Positions 47,911 through 62,249 of a stretch of 64,000 bases of DNA are shown here, in pieces. Positions within the stretch are counted from its first letter, which is position 1. Each line of letters opens with the position of its first letter. The position numbers and the translations under genes were made by a program. Below the pieces are notes generated by a model. The model ran no database searches, was not told the origin of the DNA, and was given only the letters and a program-made list of their open reading frames with translations. The stretch is from Heterodontus francisci (lineage: Eukaryota): NCBI RefSeq assembly GCF_036365525.1, contig NC_090377.1, forward strand, positions 31,712,201 through 31,776,200. Direction: 5' to 3'.

Positions 47911-50789
47911 CTGACAGGCTCAATTATTTGTTCATTGAGGCAGGCACTTTGCGGGGACGGGGGATGAGGTGCTGGAAGATGTGGCCTCATCCTATAGATG
48001 GTGTAGTAATTTCCTTTGCTCCTTGGATTAGAACCTTATGAGCCTCATCATCAAATTGGCAAATCTACTTCTTCCTCCACTCTATTTCCTAGTGAACCTA
48101 CTCAATATACAGGTGGTTGGTCAGTTGTGCACAGTCAATTCCTTAAGAAGTTGTTTAGTATTTTAAAAAGTGACAGAACATTGCAACTCATGATTTATTG
48201 TCTAGCTTAAGTATGATCACTACTGCATATTTTGTATCAACAACAACAACTTGCATTTATCTAACACCTTTAAAGTAAAAAAAAGTCCAAGGTGCTTAAT
48301 GGAAGCATAACCAGACAAATACAGACCCTGAGAGAAAGGAGAAATTAGGAGGGGCTGACCAAAAGCTTGGTCGAAGAGATAGCTCATAAGTGCTATCACT
48401 AGTAGCCGTCAGTAGGAGCAAAGATGGCAAGGTTCACCATTGGCAGGAACAAATGGAACACTGGGGAGGAGAAATTAGATCAGAATTTGTTCAAAAATAA
48501 TTAGAATATATAAACATAGGAATATAAGAATTAAAATGGACCATTCAGCCATCCAGTTCACTCTGTGTTTTGTGAAAGGATATCTCTAACTTCCTCAACA
48601 AATAAGAACTTGATGGTAGATTGCATTTGAAATGTGGTTAACTTGAAAGAAATCTTCTGCATTCATAAACATTAATAAGCTGACTAAAGTCTTCAATCTG
48701 ATAGCCTAGGTGGTTTGTTACATCACATGAAGTAAGATTACAATAATTATTTGATAACTGAAAACTCTCAAGTGTAATGAATATGCAAAATTTTGAAATA
48801 CAAGATTACAGAATCTGGACTAGCTATATTTGTGTAATTTGGAAAATAGATATAATCTTATGGTTGTGTGGTAGTGTGGCGGATGTGAGTTTGCAACAGG
48901 CAGCAAGATTTCAGTCTTGGCTGTCCCACTGGGAAGCTGACAGTTTCCTTCTGTGAAGGAGGGGAAATTGGTAAGTGAATCACCCTGATGACTTGTACAT
49001 AACCTGTCAGTTTGTTGCAGAAAGACATTGGTAGAGAGCTAGAGCATAAACCACTTAGCGGCTCTCTCAATGGCACGTGGCATAAGAGAGAAAAGCACCC
49101 TAAAAATGTGAGCACAGTTTTTCTAAATGAAGACAAATAAATATTCAATGACTTTTAATTCCTGACATTCTTTAAAATATAGTCTCATGTTTCTGTATTT
49201 GTAATCAACAAGCCACTTATTCTCAGCAGTGTGCAGGACTGTGCCTGCTCAATGACATTCAATGCAGCACAGGATCCAAACACCTGCTACACATATTAAT
49301 CTTTCATAGGGAGCGCCAGTGTGCCAGCAGCGTGCATCTGGCATGCTGAGATAATCAGTCCTCCCTGGTAGCAAATGCATGCCAATACTCCCTCAGCACT
49401 TAAACTTTGTTTACATGGATGAAGTTGATTCCCACCACATGGCTCCACTTACCTTCTCTTTAGGAACAAGCTCTGCTTCATTTACACTGCCACAGAGATC
49501 GAGTCTGAAGGTGCACAAGTGTTGCAATGTCACATTGCAGTTCTGGCATTCATTGCAGTTCTGGCATTCATTGCACCATTTAAAGATCGGCATGCTTTGT
49601 TTTTGTAGCTGTTTGCTTACATTTATATATTATATAGATGTGCATAGTTAAGGACATGGGAAGGATTATACCCTCTGCACCTTTGATCAGCTGTGAATAG
49701 ACTAAACCACAAAGTATTTATATTTTCCACCAAATTTTCTTCCTCTTTTCTCTGTTCTTCTTTGAAGGGCTGATTGCACTGAGTCTAGCTGAGGTACAGT
49801 TCCACATTACTCCAATCCCTTCCCAAACCTCATGCACGCAGCTAATCTCCATTCATGAATCTGGACAGAAAGTAATGCTAAGCTATTGAACTGTGGAGGG
49901 AGGAGGTCGTCACAGCTGAGCTTGGTCCTATTATTATCTACAGTCCACAATGTGCATTTTTCACCAGGGGTCACCGCCATTCAGGAGTAGGCACCTTGCC
50001 CGATTGTTTTATCCCTCCTTCCCACATAAAGTCATTTCTTTAATAATAATTGGCTTTTATAAGTACATAAGAAGTAAAAGGATAGTCAAAGAAAAAGTAG
50101 AACCACTTAGGATGAAGGGGCTAAATTATATTTGAGAATGAAGAAATGGTAGAGGTGCTTAATAAGTATATCACCTTAGGTTTTACAGAAGAAAATGAAA
50201 ATGGAGCTTCAGAGTATTTATGAAGGAAGTGAAAGAGCCACTGTTGGAACTAAATATTTTACAGAAAACTGCATGAAAAAGTTAAGGGGACTAAAACTAG
50301 CAAAGTCACCAGGCTCATCCCAACTGAGGGAACCCAGAGAAGAGCACTTATCATAATTTCCCCAAAAGTCTTTGGAAATGGAATAGTGTGATAGGACCAG
50401 AGGGTGGAAAATGCAACTCCCCTGTCAAGAACGAGCAAAGAGGTAAGCTAGAAATTTATAACCCAATTTCCTTTACTTCGTTTCTGGGTAAATTTCAAAG
50501 AGTAGTTCTTGTGAGATAAGATTTCTGGTGCAAAGGAAATCACAGGATAGAGAGATGGGGAACTTTCCTGTAAAATTTAGTTGCAGTGTGCAGTCATTTT
50601 TTTCAGAACACAGTCCCTTTAAATTTTTAAGCAGCAGCGCCCATGCACTATTTATCGCGAATCTTGGCAGTGTGATATTTTTCAGACTGCTGCGCATCTG
50701 TGAACCCGCACAGCTTAGCATGAACATTCAATTTGGATTGTTGTAGCTGTTATATGGCTGCAGACATACTTGTAAGTTTAGGAGTATGT

Positions 50790-51832
50790 TCTTTAGTGTG
50801 AATGGTTGTGGTTGTTGAACGCCAATCATCCCAGCCCCAGGATATCACTGCAGGAATTCCTTACAGCAGTGTTCTAGGACCAACCATCTTCAGCTATTTC
50901 ATCAGTGACCTTTCCTCCATCATAAGGTCAGAAATGGGGATGTTCACTGATGATTGCATAGTGTTAAGTACCTTTCACAACTCCTCAGATACTGAAGCAG
51001 TCCACGTCCGCAGACAACAAGACCTGGACAGCATTCAAGCTCGGTCTGATATGTGGCAAGTAATGTTTGTGCCAGGCAAGTGCCAGACAATGACCATCTC
51101 CAACTGGAGATTATCTAAGCACCTCCCTTTGAAATTCAACAGCATGACCATCGCTGAATCCCCTACCATCAACAACCTGTGGTTCACCATTGACCAGAAA
51201 CTTAACTGGACCAGCCACATACATATTGTGACTACAAGAGCAGGTCAGAGGCTGGGAATTCTGTGATGACTAACTCACCTCCTGACCTCCCCAAGCCCGT
51301 CCACCATCTACAGGCACAAGTCAGGAGTGTGATGGAATACTCTCCACTTGCCTGAATTAATCCAGCTGTAACAACAGTCAAGAAGCTCAACACCATTCAG
51401 GACAAAGCAGTCTGCTTAATTGGCACCCAATTTACCACCTTAAATTTTCACTTCCTCCAGACATGCGAATTGCGACTGCAGTGTGTACCATCTACAAGAT
51501 GCACTACTGCAACTGGCCAAGGCTTCTTTGATAGCACCTTCCAAATTCACAACCTCTGCTACCTAGAAGATCAAGGACAGCAGGCTCATGGGAACACCAT
51601 CACCTGCAAGTTTCCCTCCAAGTCATACAGCAACCTGCCTTGGAAATATATTGCCTTTCCTTCATTATCACTGGATTTAAATCCTGGAATTCCCTATCTA
51701 ATAGCACAGTGGGTGTACCTACACCACATGGACTGCAGCAGTTCAAGAGGTTGGCTTACCACCACCTTCTCAAGGGTAATTAGGAATGGGCAATAAATTT
51801 ACCTAAATCCCGTGAATGAATTTTTAAAAAAT
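50790..51832 (+). mobile_element. CR1-group LINE (second family), RT to 3' tail
   Basis: AGIPYSSVLGPTIF..GMFTDDC, ending atcccgtgaatgaa. Confidence 0.8.
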
Positions 51833-52464
51833 CAAATGAGTGTATACAAGCCCTCATCAATAGCTTCCATACTGTGAATGTGACCTTAAATATGATGCAT
51901 GATACCCTAGCCATGGCTGTTCATTGTCCCACTGATCTGCAGCAAAGTGCTCTCCAGCTCATTGCAAACAGGGATGTGTGGGTGAGCCATGAGAGGGATG
52001 ATGAGGAAAGAGAACGCGGAAGTGGGAACGCAGCTCAAAGCGCTTCCACTTCTCACCTGTTGCCACCCCTAACATCCCCACCCCAACTCAGTAAGTACCC
52101 CACATGCTGCCTTGTGTTCCGATGGCCGAGACTGTCCTGTACAGGTGCAGGTGGGGCCCAAATAGGCTCCAAAACCCAGAGGAGAACAGCTAAGCGCATC
52201 TCAGCAGTCAGAGCAGGGATCTGAGCAGACTGCCTCTAGTGCTGCTGAAACCATAGGGATTGCACCATGTACAAGTGCTAGGAAGAGGATATGTAAAGAT
52301 TTGTAGCTGCACAATGGTATGCACATGGATGTGTTACATCATGTTAGATTGGTAAGTTTCTGGGTTATTTTTGAGCCACATAAATAGTATTTCTTTCCAG
52401 CACTTTCCCATCTTGTCCATTTTTGGTTGCTGCCTAGCAAGCTATCTTTCCATTTGTGATGAAT

Positions 52465-53332
52465 TTTTTTTTATTCGTTCATGGGATGTGGGCATTGCTG
52501 GCTAGACCAGCATTAATTGCCCACCCTAATTGCCCTTGAGAACCGCAGCAGTCCATATGGGGTAGGTACACCCACAGTGCTGTTACGAAGGGAGTTCCAG
52601 GATTTTGACCCAGCAACAGTGAAGGAACGGCGATATAGTTCCAAGTCAGGATGGTGTGTGGCTTGGAGGGGAACTTGAAGCCAATGCATGGTGTTCCCAT
52701 GCATCAGCTGCCCTTGTCCTTCTAGCTGGTAGAAGTCGCGGCTTTGGAAGGTGCTGTCGAAGGAGCCTTGGTGCATTGCTGCAGTGCATCTTGTAGATGG
52801 TACACACAACTGCCACTGTGGGCGGTGGTGGAGGGAGTGAATATTTGCAGATGGGGTGCCAATCAAGCGGGCTGCTTTGTCCTGGATGGTGTCCAACTCT
52901 TGAGTGTTGTTGGAGCTGCACCCATCCAGGCAAGTGGAGAGTATTCCATCACACTCCTGACTTGTGCCTTGTAGATGGTGGACAGGCTTTGGGGAGTCAG
53001 AAGGTGAGTTACTTGCTGCAGGATTCCTATCCTCTAATCTGCTCTTGTAGCACAGTATTTATATGGCTTCTCCAGTTCAGTCTCTGGTCAATGGTAAACC
53101 CCAGGATGTTGATAGTGGGGGATTCAGCGCTCATAATGCCATTGAATGTCAAGCAGAGATGGTTGGATTCTCTTTTGTTGGAGATGATCATAGCCTGGCA
53201 CTTGTGTGGCGTGAATGTTACTTGCCACTGATCAGCCCAAGCCTGGATATTGTCCAGGTCTTGCTGCATTTCTACATGGACTACTTCAGTATCTGAGGAG
53301 TCACGAATGGTGCTGAACATTGTACAATCATG
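52465..53332 (-). mobile_element. CR1-group LINE (second family) 3' portion
   Basis: Motifs QQDLDNIQAWADQWQVTF and IQDKAARLI, with a tail shared with the SINE at 7757-8148. Confidence 0.8.
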
Positions 53333-53844
53333 AATGGTAAAACATGAATTGATGCCAAGCAATAGGAGCCTGTGAAAAGGGTGCTTAGTTGTTCGCAGGA
53401 CTACTTTGTGTTGGGGGAATGGGGGTAGGGAAAGTAGCTTTTACATGTGGTTGTCAGATAGGTGGTGAACTGACGTGAACCTCGCAGTAATGAGGGCATC
53501 CCAGGGAGCAATGTGTGATGCTGCTGGTGCATTAGCTGCATCATCCTCCTATTCCTTGGAATCATCTGAAGAGGCTCTGTGCTCTGCGCCTCCACCTGCA
53601 GTTCCAAAACCTCCTGCTGCGCAATGTTGTGCACATTCTCATTCTGGAGGCCCTGGTCAGTGCATACTGAAGCGTGCCTCCAGATCTGTCCAGACACCTG
53701 AAGCACATCTTCAGCATGTCAATGGCTTGCCTAATTGCGCATCTGGTGGTCATATGGTTTTCTTTGTATTGCTCCAGGGCCTCTTGGTTGGGTTCCTCAT
53801 GGGTGTTATCAGCCACGTTTTAAGTGGGTATCCTCATGTGGGTC

Positions 53845-56800
53845 TCCAATAACCTGACGGTAAAGAAGCCTCCAGGCGAGAGCAATCATAACATGATAGA
53901 ATTTCATGTTTAGTTTGAAGGGGAGAAATTTGAGTCTAAGACTAGTGTTTTAAAGCTAAATAAAGGTAATTACAAAGCTTTGAAGCCAAGTGAACTGGGA
54001 AATTAGGTTAAAAGGTAGGACAGTAGAGATGCAGTCGCCGCCTTTTAAGGAGATATTTAATAACTCTCAGCAAAGATTTATCCCAGTGAGAAAGAAAAAT
54101 TCTTTGAGAAAGATAAATCATCCATGGCTAAATAATGATGTTAAGGATACTTTCAAATTAAAAGAAACAGTGTACAAATCTGCAAAGAATAGTGATAGGT
54201 CAGAAGATTGGACAGATTTTAAGAACCAGCAAAGAATGACGAAAAAATAATTAAAAGGGAGAAAGCAAAATATAAGAGAAAACTAGCTAGTAATATAAAA
54301 ACAGATAGTAAGAGTTTCTATAAGTATTTAAATAGGAAAAGAGTAACTAAAGCTATTGTTGGTCCTCTAAAGAGTGAGTCTGAGGAATTGATAATAGAAA
54401 ACAAGGGAATTGTGAAGGCACAAACAGGTATTTTCTGTCTGTTTTCACTGTAGAGACTTAGAAAACCAGCCAAAAATACTCGAAAATCAAGAGATGAAAG
54501 GAAGGGAGGAACTTAAAACAATCACCATCACCAGGGAAAAGATGCCGGGAAAACATTTAGACCTAAAGGCTGACAAGCCCCCACGACCAGATGGTCTACA
54601 TCCTAGGGTCTTACATGAAGTGGCTGCTGAGATAGTAGAGGATTTGCTTATAATTTTCCAAAATTCCTTAGATTCTAGAAGGGTCGCTGCAGATTGGAAA
54701 ATAGCAAATATAACATCTTTATCCAAGAAAGGAGGGAGTCAGAAAGCAGGAAACTATAGGCCTGTTAACCTAACATCTGTCATAGGGAAATTACTAGAAT
54801 CCATTATTAAGGAGGTTGTAGCAGGATACATGGAAAATCAAAATGCGATCATACAGAGTCAACATGGTTTTGTGTAAGGTGGATAAAGGGGAACATGTAA
54901 ATGTGGTGTACCTAGATTTCCAAAAGGCATTTGATAAGGTGCCACATCAAAGGTGACTACACTGGTGTCAGGGTAACATATTAGAGTCATAGAGTCATTT
55001 ACAAGAAGGAAGCCATTCAGCCCATCAAGTCCATGCCGGCTCTCTGCGGAGCTGTGCAGTCAGTCTCACTCCCCGGCTCAATCCCCGTAGTCCTGCAAGT
55101 CTATTTCTCTGAGGTGGCCATTCAACTTCCTCTTGAAGTCATTGGTTGTCTCTGCCTTCACCACCCTAGTGGGCAGTGAGTTCCAGGTCATTACCACCCG
55201 CTGCGTAAAAAAGTGCTTCCTCATATTCCTCCTGCATCTTTTGACAAAGACTTTGAATCTGTGTCCCAATTGTTAATGGTGTTAACAAAAGTTTTTCCTG
55301 TCCAACTTATATAAGCCTGTCATAATCTTGCACACCTCTATTAAATCCCCCTCAATCTCTTTTGTTCTGAGGAGAACAAACCCAGATTTTCCAACCTAAC
55401 CTTGTAATTAAAATCCCCCCATCCCTGAAATCATTCTGGTAAATCTCCTCTGCACCTTAGCAAGGGCCCTCACATCCGTCCTAAAGTGTGGTGATCAGAA
55501 CTGGATGTAATACACCAGTTGGGGCCTAACCAGAGCTTTATTTATAAAGGCTCAGCATAAGTACCTTGCTTTTTGTACTCAATGCCTCTATTTATAAAGC
55601 TAAGGTTCCCATATGCTTTACTAACCACTCTCTCAATATGTCCTGCCACCTTCAAAGATCGGTGCACATGCACCCCTAGGTCCCTCTGTTACTGCACACT
55701 TTTTAGAATTGTGCCTTTAAGTCTTTACTACCTCTCCTATTCCTTCTGCCAAAATGCATCACCTCACAGTTGTCAGTATTAAATTTCATCTGCCAATAGC
55801 ATGGATAAAGGACTGGTTAGCTAACCGGAAGCAGAGGGTAGGGCTTCTCTCTTCACAGATGCTGCCAGACCTGCTGAGTATTTCCAGCATTTCTTGTTTT
55901 TATTTCAGATTTCCAACATCTGCAGTATTTTGCTTTTATTATAGTAGGGCTAAATGGGTCTTTTTTGAGTTGGCAAGCTGTAACTAGTGGAGTGTCACAG
56001 GGATCAGTGCTGGGACCTCAACTATTTACAATCTATATCAATGACTTGGATGAAACAACCAAATGTATGGTAGCTAAATTTGCCGATGACACCCAGATAG
56101 GAAAGAAAGTAAGTTGTCAAGAGGAGATAAAAACCCTACAAAGGATATAGATAGGTTAAGCGAGTGGGCAAAAAATTGGCAGATGGAGTATAACGTGGGA
56201 AAATGTGAACATTTCCACTTTGGCGGGAACAATAGAAAAGCTGTATACTATTTAAATGGAGAGAGATTGCAGAACTCGGTGGTACAGAGGGATTTGGGTG
56301 TCCTGGTACATGACTCACAAAAGGTTAGTTTTCAGGTACAGCAGGTGATTAGGAATGCAAATGGAATGTTGGCGTTTATTGCAAGGGGAATCGAGTATAA
56401 AAGTAAGGAAGTTTTATTGCAGCTGTACAGGAGCTTGGTGAGATCACATCTGGAGTACCGTGTACAGTTTTGGTCTCATTTGAAAAAGGATATAATTGCG
56501 ATAGAAGCAGTTCAGAGAAGGTTCACTTAACTAATTCCAGGGATGAAGGCTTAACTGATGAAGAAAGGTTGAACTGGTTGGGTCTATACCCATTGGAGTT
56601 TAGAAGAATGAGAAGTGGTCTTACTGAAAGATATAAGATCTTGAGGGGACTTGATAGAGTGGATACCGGGTGGATGTTTCCTCCTGTGGGGGAGACTAGT
56701 ACTAGGGGACATAGCTTAAAATTAAGAGGTCTACATCTTAAGACGGAGATGAGGAGAATTTTTTTTTCTCGAAGGGTCGTTAATCTGTGGAACTCTTTTC

Positions 56801-57012
56801 CCCAGAAAGCAGTGGAGGCTGGGTCATTGAATTTATTCAAGCCTGAGTTAGATTTTTGATAGACAAGGGAATCAAGGGTTATTTGGGGGAGGGGGGAAGA
56901 CAAAAAAGTGGAGTTGAGACCACAACCAGATCAGCCATGATCTTATCGAATGGCAGAGCAGGCTCGAAGGGCGGAATGGCCTACTCCTGCTCCTAAGTCC
57001 TATGTTCCTATC
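53845..57012 (+). mobile_element. CR1 LINE with a nested inverted CR1 (~54985-55795) and a short SINE-like insert
   Basis: Motifs [25 protein letters not shown] and KFADDT, with a 3' UTR ending cctatgttcctat. Confidence 0.88.
55846..55943 (+). mobile_element. Short Penelope-terminus-derived retroinsertion
   Basis: cacagatgctgccagacctgctgagtatttccagc, flanked by 8-bp TSD GTAGGGCT (55838-55845 and 55944-55951). Confidence 0.8.
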
Positions 57013-57477
57013 TTCCTATCCCTTGTCTCCAAGCGGCCAGCGGGTAAGTCTGCTTCGAGGTGTGAAGAGATTAGTGAGGGTGGACTACCGCAGGATGAAA
57101 GTATCATGGCACCTGCCCAGGAATATTGTGCCCAGCTGCATAAAGATCTTTTTTATTGCACACTAGCTGCATATTGATGGAGTGGAAGCCCTTGCGATTG
57201 ACAAACATTCCTGGGTGATCTGGAGGTACCTCAATTGCCACACGTGTGCAGTCATTGATGCCTTGCACCTGTGGGAAGCCAGCCAGAACTGCAAACCCAA
57301 GCACCCACTCAGTCTGACTGCAACCCACTGAGCTTCCTGAGTCACTGGTGTCCAGAAATATTGAGGAAATTTATCGTCTGCCTGTGGACCACATTTGTTG
57401 GACATGGCCTCCTGCGAGATATACCTCTGCTAATCCCCTCTCTCCTTTGGAGCTACAGGTCTGTGCAGGCTATTCCG

Positions 57478-57548
57478 CTCCTTCTGCCCCTGCTTCTGCA
57501 GCTGCTGCTCTTGCTGCTGGTGCTTCTGCTTCTGCTGGTGCTGCTGGT
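57478..57548. repeat. Imperfect (CTG)n microsatellite
   Basis: ctg/ctt/gtg triplet run. It would encode a Gln-rich tract upstream of the transposase core on the minus strand. Confidence 0.8.
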
Positions 57549-60167
57549 AATCTTGGTTCTCATTTGAGTTCCAAAGTAAAACAGCATAAGCAACACCCAT
57601 GCTCATCTGATAGATCAGAACTGCGAAGAGGAGATCAGATGCACAAACTTCCAAAGTTGTCAAAGTAACCTGTCAGCACAAGCCCTGTGAACAAAGCCTT
57701 TCACACAAGCAGGTAAGAAAGCAGCTGCGAGCATTCAGTACTTATTGTTATATTTCCCTTTTATGTCTTCGGCCCCCTCAATTGCCACTGTGTTCTTGCC
57801 TTGCTTTTACTGGCGAGTTGCAGGAAGCCAGGGAAACCCATGAACCTGCAGCTAAATTCCAAAAGCCATGTTAATATCGCTGTAATTGAGTGATTAGCAT
57901 ATTGAAATTGACAATCTGTCTCTCCCGAGGGGGTTGCTTGCATGCAGCGTGCTTCAGTTAGATGCAGAAGGTGGTGGGTCGGAGGCGGCATCCTGATGGG
58001 TTGTCAAGTTCCCTGGTTCTTAAACCCCCCGCCCACTCCCAAACTCACACGTTTCTGCACATTAAAATTCAGCCCCATGTTTTTATTCATTCTGTTATCT
58101 TTGGGTATGTCCCCCATATTGGAGTTTGATATCAATGTTTTGTATCGATAATATCAATTCAACATTATCTGCCTAATCAAAGAACTATTTTGTTATTTAA
58201 AAATGAGTAGACTCTCAGTCCTGCCATTGGTATCAGGAGAGGGATAGACGATAATGAGCCAGTTTGTTCTTGTGAAAGCAGAATGCACTTCCAACTGGAT
58301 TACTGCACACTCATAATATACGATGTTTTAATTTATAAATTAGCATGACATATCTGAGATTAAATTTTCAATGAAACGAAATAAGCCCTGTAAAGTTGTA
58401 AAAGGCATTCCTGGAGCTACTACTATTTTCATATTTGAAATAGCTGTAATCCTCGAAGAGAAATTATTTTTAGCTCTAAAGATACAGTTACAGTAGATGC
58501 CACAATGCCAAAAAGTGCACCAAATAAAGTGTCAAAAATCAAATTATTTCTGGGGGATGGGCATTGCTCCAGATTCTGCTAAGAAATTCATCATTTGCTT
58601 TCAAGCACTCAATCCCCATTCAGTAATTTCCAAAATTAGCACTGCTGCTAACTGCACCCCTTTACATTTTAGTTTTTTTTCTCCCCAACAATAAAAGTGA
58701 TTGAATGAGAGGCATACCAGCAGCTTAAGTTATGACTAGCCTGTGCCCTACTGCACTCTCAGTCTAACTTCTTGTCTTTGTGTCTTGTTAGGCCCATATC
58801 CATGGCTCTTTTGTTAGCTTTCCTGGGGTTGTGATAATCTTTATTTTGAAGATGTTGTTAAGCTTTTTTAATCGATACTTTTTGTCACCGGATAATACCA
58901 TTAGGAGGCCACTGTAGAACTGGTCCAATTTGGATTGGCTAGCTCCGTTCTTGAACCAAATATCTGGGAGAGGGTGGCACCATATGATAGGACAAGGAGC
59001 ACAAACCAGGAGGATTTTTTTTAATTTGGAGTAAAAATTGTGTTGTTTGACTAATTTGTTCTCACTGATGCTTTTATTAAATAGGAAATAACTATTTGAT
59101 CATTAATCATCATCTATGGTGCAATGTCTTTCTCTTTCACAGCAGGATATAAGGAAATAAATTACAGCATGTATGATACATCAGTTATTGTTTAACAGAA
59201 GAGCAAAAGAAAGCATTAGACCCTATAATATTCTTTATTTATAACATTTTTCAAATAACCTGAAAACATAATATTGTCACATACTTAAATCTGCTGAAAA
59301 ATTGCCTAAAAATAGATCTATCCTTAAATAGTAATATCTTGCTTGTTGCACTTGCCATAAAAAGAGGCCATTGGTTAGTGTTTTCTAAATTTATGCAATT
59401 GATCTATATTGGCCTTAAAGCTTTTAATCTGCTCCAGCTCCAACCTTGTGGCAATGAATAAAATGTAATTATATTTGTTAATAAGAACATTTGATGAGAA
59501 ATTTATCACATTTGACTATGTTATACCCTTCATTTCTCAAGATTTACTTTAGGACATTGCTTTGTATTATCTGTCACGTGACTGCCCGAGCATTACTCGT
59601 GTGCTAAATCCAGTCCCAACGTGAAAAGCGGTCACATCCTAAATTCTGATTAATCATGGGAGTCAAAATTCACAAACTAGCTGGTTTCCAATATCTAAAA
59701 ATTTACTTGCAGTGTAATTGGACAACATTAGAAAGCAATAAAGTACATCATGCACAACAGTGTTTAGAATAGTTCTAAAAAAAATGCTTCTTCATGTGAA
59801 ACATGGATAGAAATTTATTTTTTTAGACAAATGGTACCGTGGAGACCAGCTGCTTGTTGATTCAGAGAAAAAATGATACAATATGAAAATATTGGGTTGA
59901 AAAGAGTAATATTCATTGACATTTCTGTTCGGTGATATCTTTTAAAGTTTTGTGTTACGGGTAAATTTCGGCTGAAACCGTTAGCACTGAAAGTACTTGA
60001 GAATATTAATTGCATCCAGACTCAACAAATCTTTACCACAGAAAAGATAAGGGGGCAAAAATGGCGGGCTTGAGAACATGAAACTGAACCTAATTAAGTT
60101 AACAATTGAGCTTATAAGAGTTTAACCACATAAAGTTCAATTAGGTCTATATGTTACAAATAAATAA

Positions 60168-60395
60168 AGGTTGTGAACCTTTGGAATTCTGTACCACAGA
60201 GAGTTGTGGATGTTCAGTTATTGAGTATATTCAAGTCAGAGATCGACAGATTTTTGGATACTAAGGGAATCCAGTGAAATGGAGATCATGCGGGAAGGTG
60301 TAGCTGAGGTAGAAGAGCAGCATGATCTCCTTGAATGGCAGTACAGGCTCGAGGGGCCGAATGGCCTACTCCTGTTCCTATTTCTTATGTTCTTC
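60168..60395 (+). mobile_element. CR1 3' end
   Basis: VVNLWNS coding remnant followed by the ggggccgaatggcctactcctgttcctatttcttatg tail. Confidence 0.75.
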
Positions 60396-61335
60396 AGTAG
60401 TTGCTTAAGCAAAAATCATCTAACCTATATCCAGCAGCTTAATAAAATATAACCAGCAGAACATACCCAAAATCCACATTAACTTGCTTGTATCTTTAAT
60501 GCAACCCAATGCTTTTCTTCTGTTTCTTTGAGGCACTACAAGTTAGGAAGAACTTGGGTAGAAGGAATGAAACTGTACCAAAGCAATGGCAGCCAGAATA
60601 GCACAGGGAGACACAATGTTTTTCTGGACGTGATACAAGGCATACTTCATGTATCATTATTACAGCACTGATGTGCTGTGAATGGGGGAGGAGTGGGTGG
60701 GGAACTTGTCCCGCTGTATGCACAATGTCATTTTCCATGCTTTACTACAAGCTTCCTGCCTTCATGGTGGCTGCTGCATGACTAAGCATCTATCATTTGT
60801 GGCTGGAGCCAGAGCATCAAAGGAATACATTTTAAAAGATTAACACTTTTAAACTAATGTCATTTTTGGTCTTTAGCTATTGATGGACAGGAGTGTACTG
60901 GTCTGTGTCTGATCCTTGGTGGTCTTCTAGTGGGAGGGAGTGCATCTCTACCTTTCTGTGTTCCTGCAATGGCAGGCATGTACAGCATCCTAGATCATTG
61001 AATCAGCCACTCAACTTAGACTTTATCCAAAATTTCAGGGTACTGAACTATAAGTAATAAGGTGAAAGTTTGTTGGGTTTCCACCAGTATTCTGTCTTCA
61101 TTTCCCAGAAAACAACAGAGGATGAGAGCGCCAAGGTTCCCTGCTGGAAGACATCACCAGGCAAGATTCCAGCATAGTTGTGAGATCGTGACTTGTGGGA
61201 AGGAAGGATAAATTAATCTTGGGCAGTAATGTAAAACAGGTGATAGTAAATCAACAGCTTGCTTCACACCCTGCCCAATATTCTCTTCCCATGGAACTTT
61301 CTGTCCCTGGTGTGCTCAGGTCTTTTGAAAATATA

Positions 61336-62040
61336 TGCAACAACAACTTATATTTATATAGCACCTTTAATGTAATAAAACATCTTAAGTGTGTAATGAA
61401 ACAAAATTAGACTCCAAGCCACATAAGGAGATATTAGGGCAGAGGGCCAAAGAGGCAGGTTTTAAGGAGCACCTTAAAAGAAGAAAGTAAGGTAGAAAGG
61501 CAGAGAGGTTCAGGGAGAGAAATTCAGTGTTTAGTGCCTTGGCAGCAGAAGGTAGAGCCACCAATGGTGGACCAATTAAAACTGAGGAGGTGCGAGAGGC
61601 CAGAAATAGAGGAGGACAGATATTTTGAAGGGTTGTGAGGCTGGAAGAGATGACAGAGATAGTGAGGGGCGAGGTAATGAAAGGATTTGAAAACAAGGGT
61701 GAGAATTTTAAAATCGAGGCATTTCTTCATCGGGAGCCAATGTAGCTCAGCGAGCACAGGGGAATGGGTGAATGGGACTGGATGTGAGTAAGAACATGGG
61801 TAGCAGAGTTTTGGATGACCTCATGTTTATGGAGGATAGAATTGGAAGGTCAGCCAGGAGTGCATTAGAATAAGTCAAGTATAGAGGTAACAAAGGTATC
61901 GATGAGGGTTTCAGCTGAGGCAGTGGCAAAGTCTTGCGATGTTATGGAGGTGGACAACGGGGTCTTAGTGATGGCACAGATATGTGGTCAGAAGCTTATT
62001 TTGAGGTCAAATGTGACACCAAGGTTGTGAACATTTGGTT
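61336..62040 (-). mobile_element. L2 LINE 3' portion
   Basis: L2 tail plus ORF 61524..61757 LAELHWLP..DFKILTLVFK..LAPHYL. Confidence 0.85.
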
Positions 62041-62112
62041 TTTATAGGAGAGTGATGTTGAAATGCTCAAAGTGCAAGTCATGAAGAAAAATGGACTGAA
62101 CCTAATAAAAGG

Positions 62113-62249
62113 GAGCAAAAGCAAAATACTGCTGCTGTGTGAAATCTGAAAAAAAACAGGAAGTGCTGGAAATACTCAGCAGGTAAGGCAGCATCTGTGG
62201 AGAGAGAAACAGAGTTAACATTTCAGCGTGATGACCTTTCATCAGAACT
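62113..62249 (-). mobile_element. Short Penelope-terminus-derived retroinsertion beginning with a hammerhead-like core
   Basis: 12-bp TSD CCTAATAAAAGG (62101-62112 and 62250-62261). The minus strand starts AGTT-CTGATGA-...-GAAA-TG-TT-AACT. Confidence 0.8.

Larger units (their letters stand above)
53350..58075 (-). mobile_element. Harbinger transposase remnant split by a large CR1 insertion
   Basis: The N-terminal half (~57015-57650) has [32 protein letters not shown] and LGDKG. The C-terminal half (~53500-53833) has YPLKTWLITP..LKMCFRCLDRSGGTLQY. Right TIR TAAAATTCAGCCC at ~58063-58075. Confidence 0.8.

Noticed and set aside
49533-49575. 18-bp tandem duplication giving a CNECQN repeat ORF
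   Set aside because: A simple local slippage duplication with no coding support.
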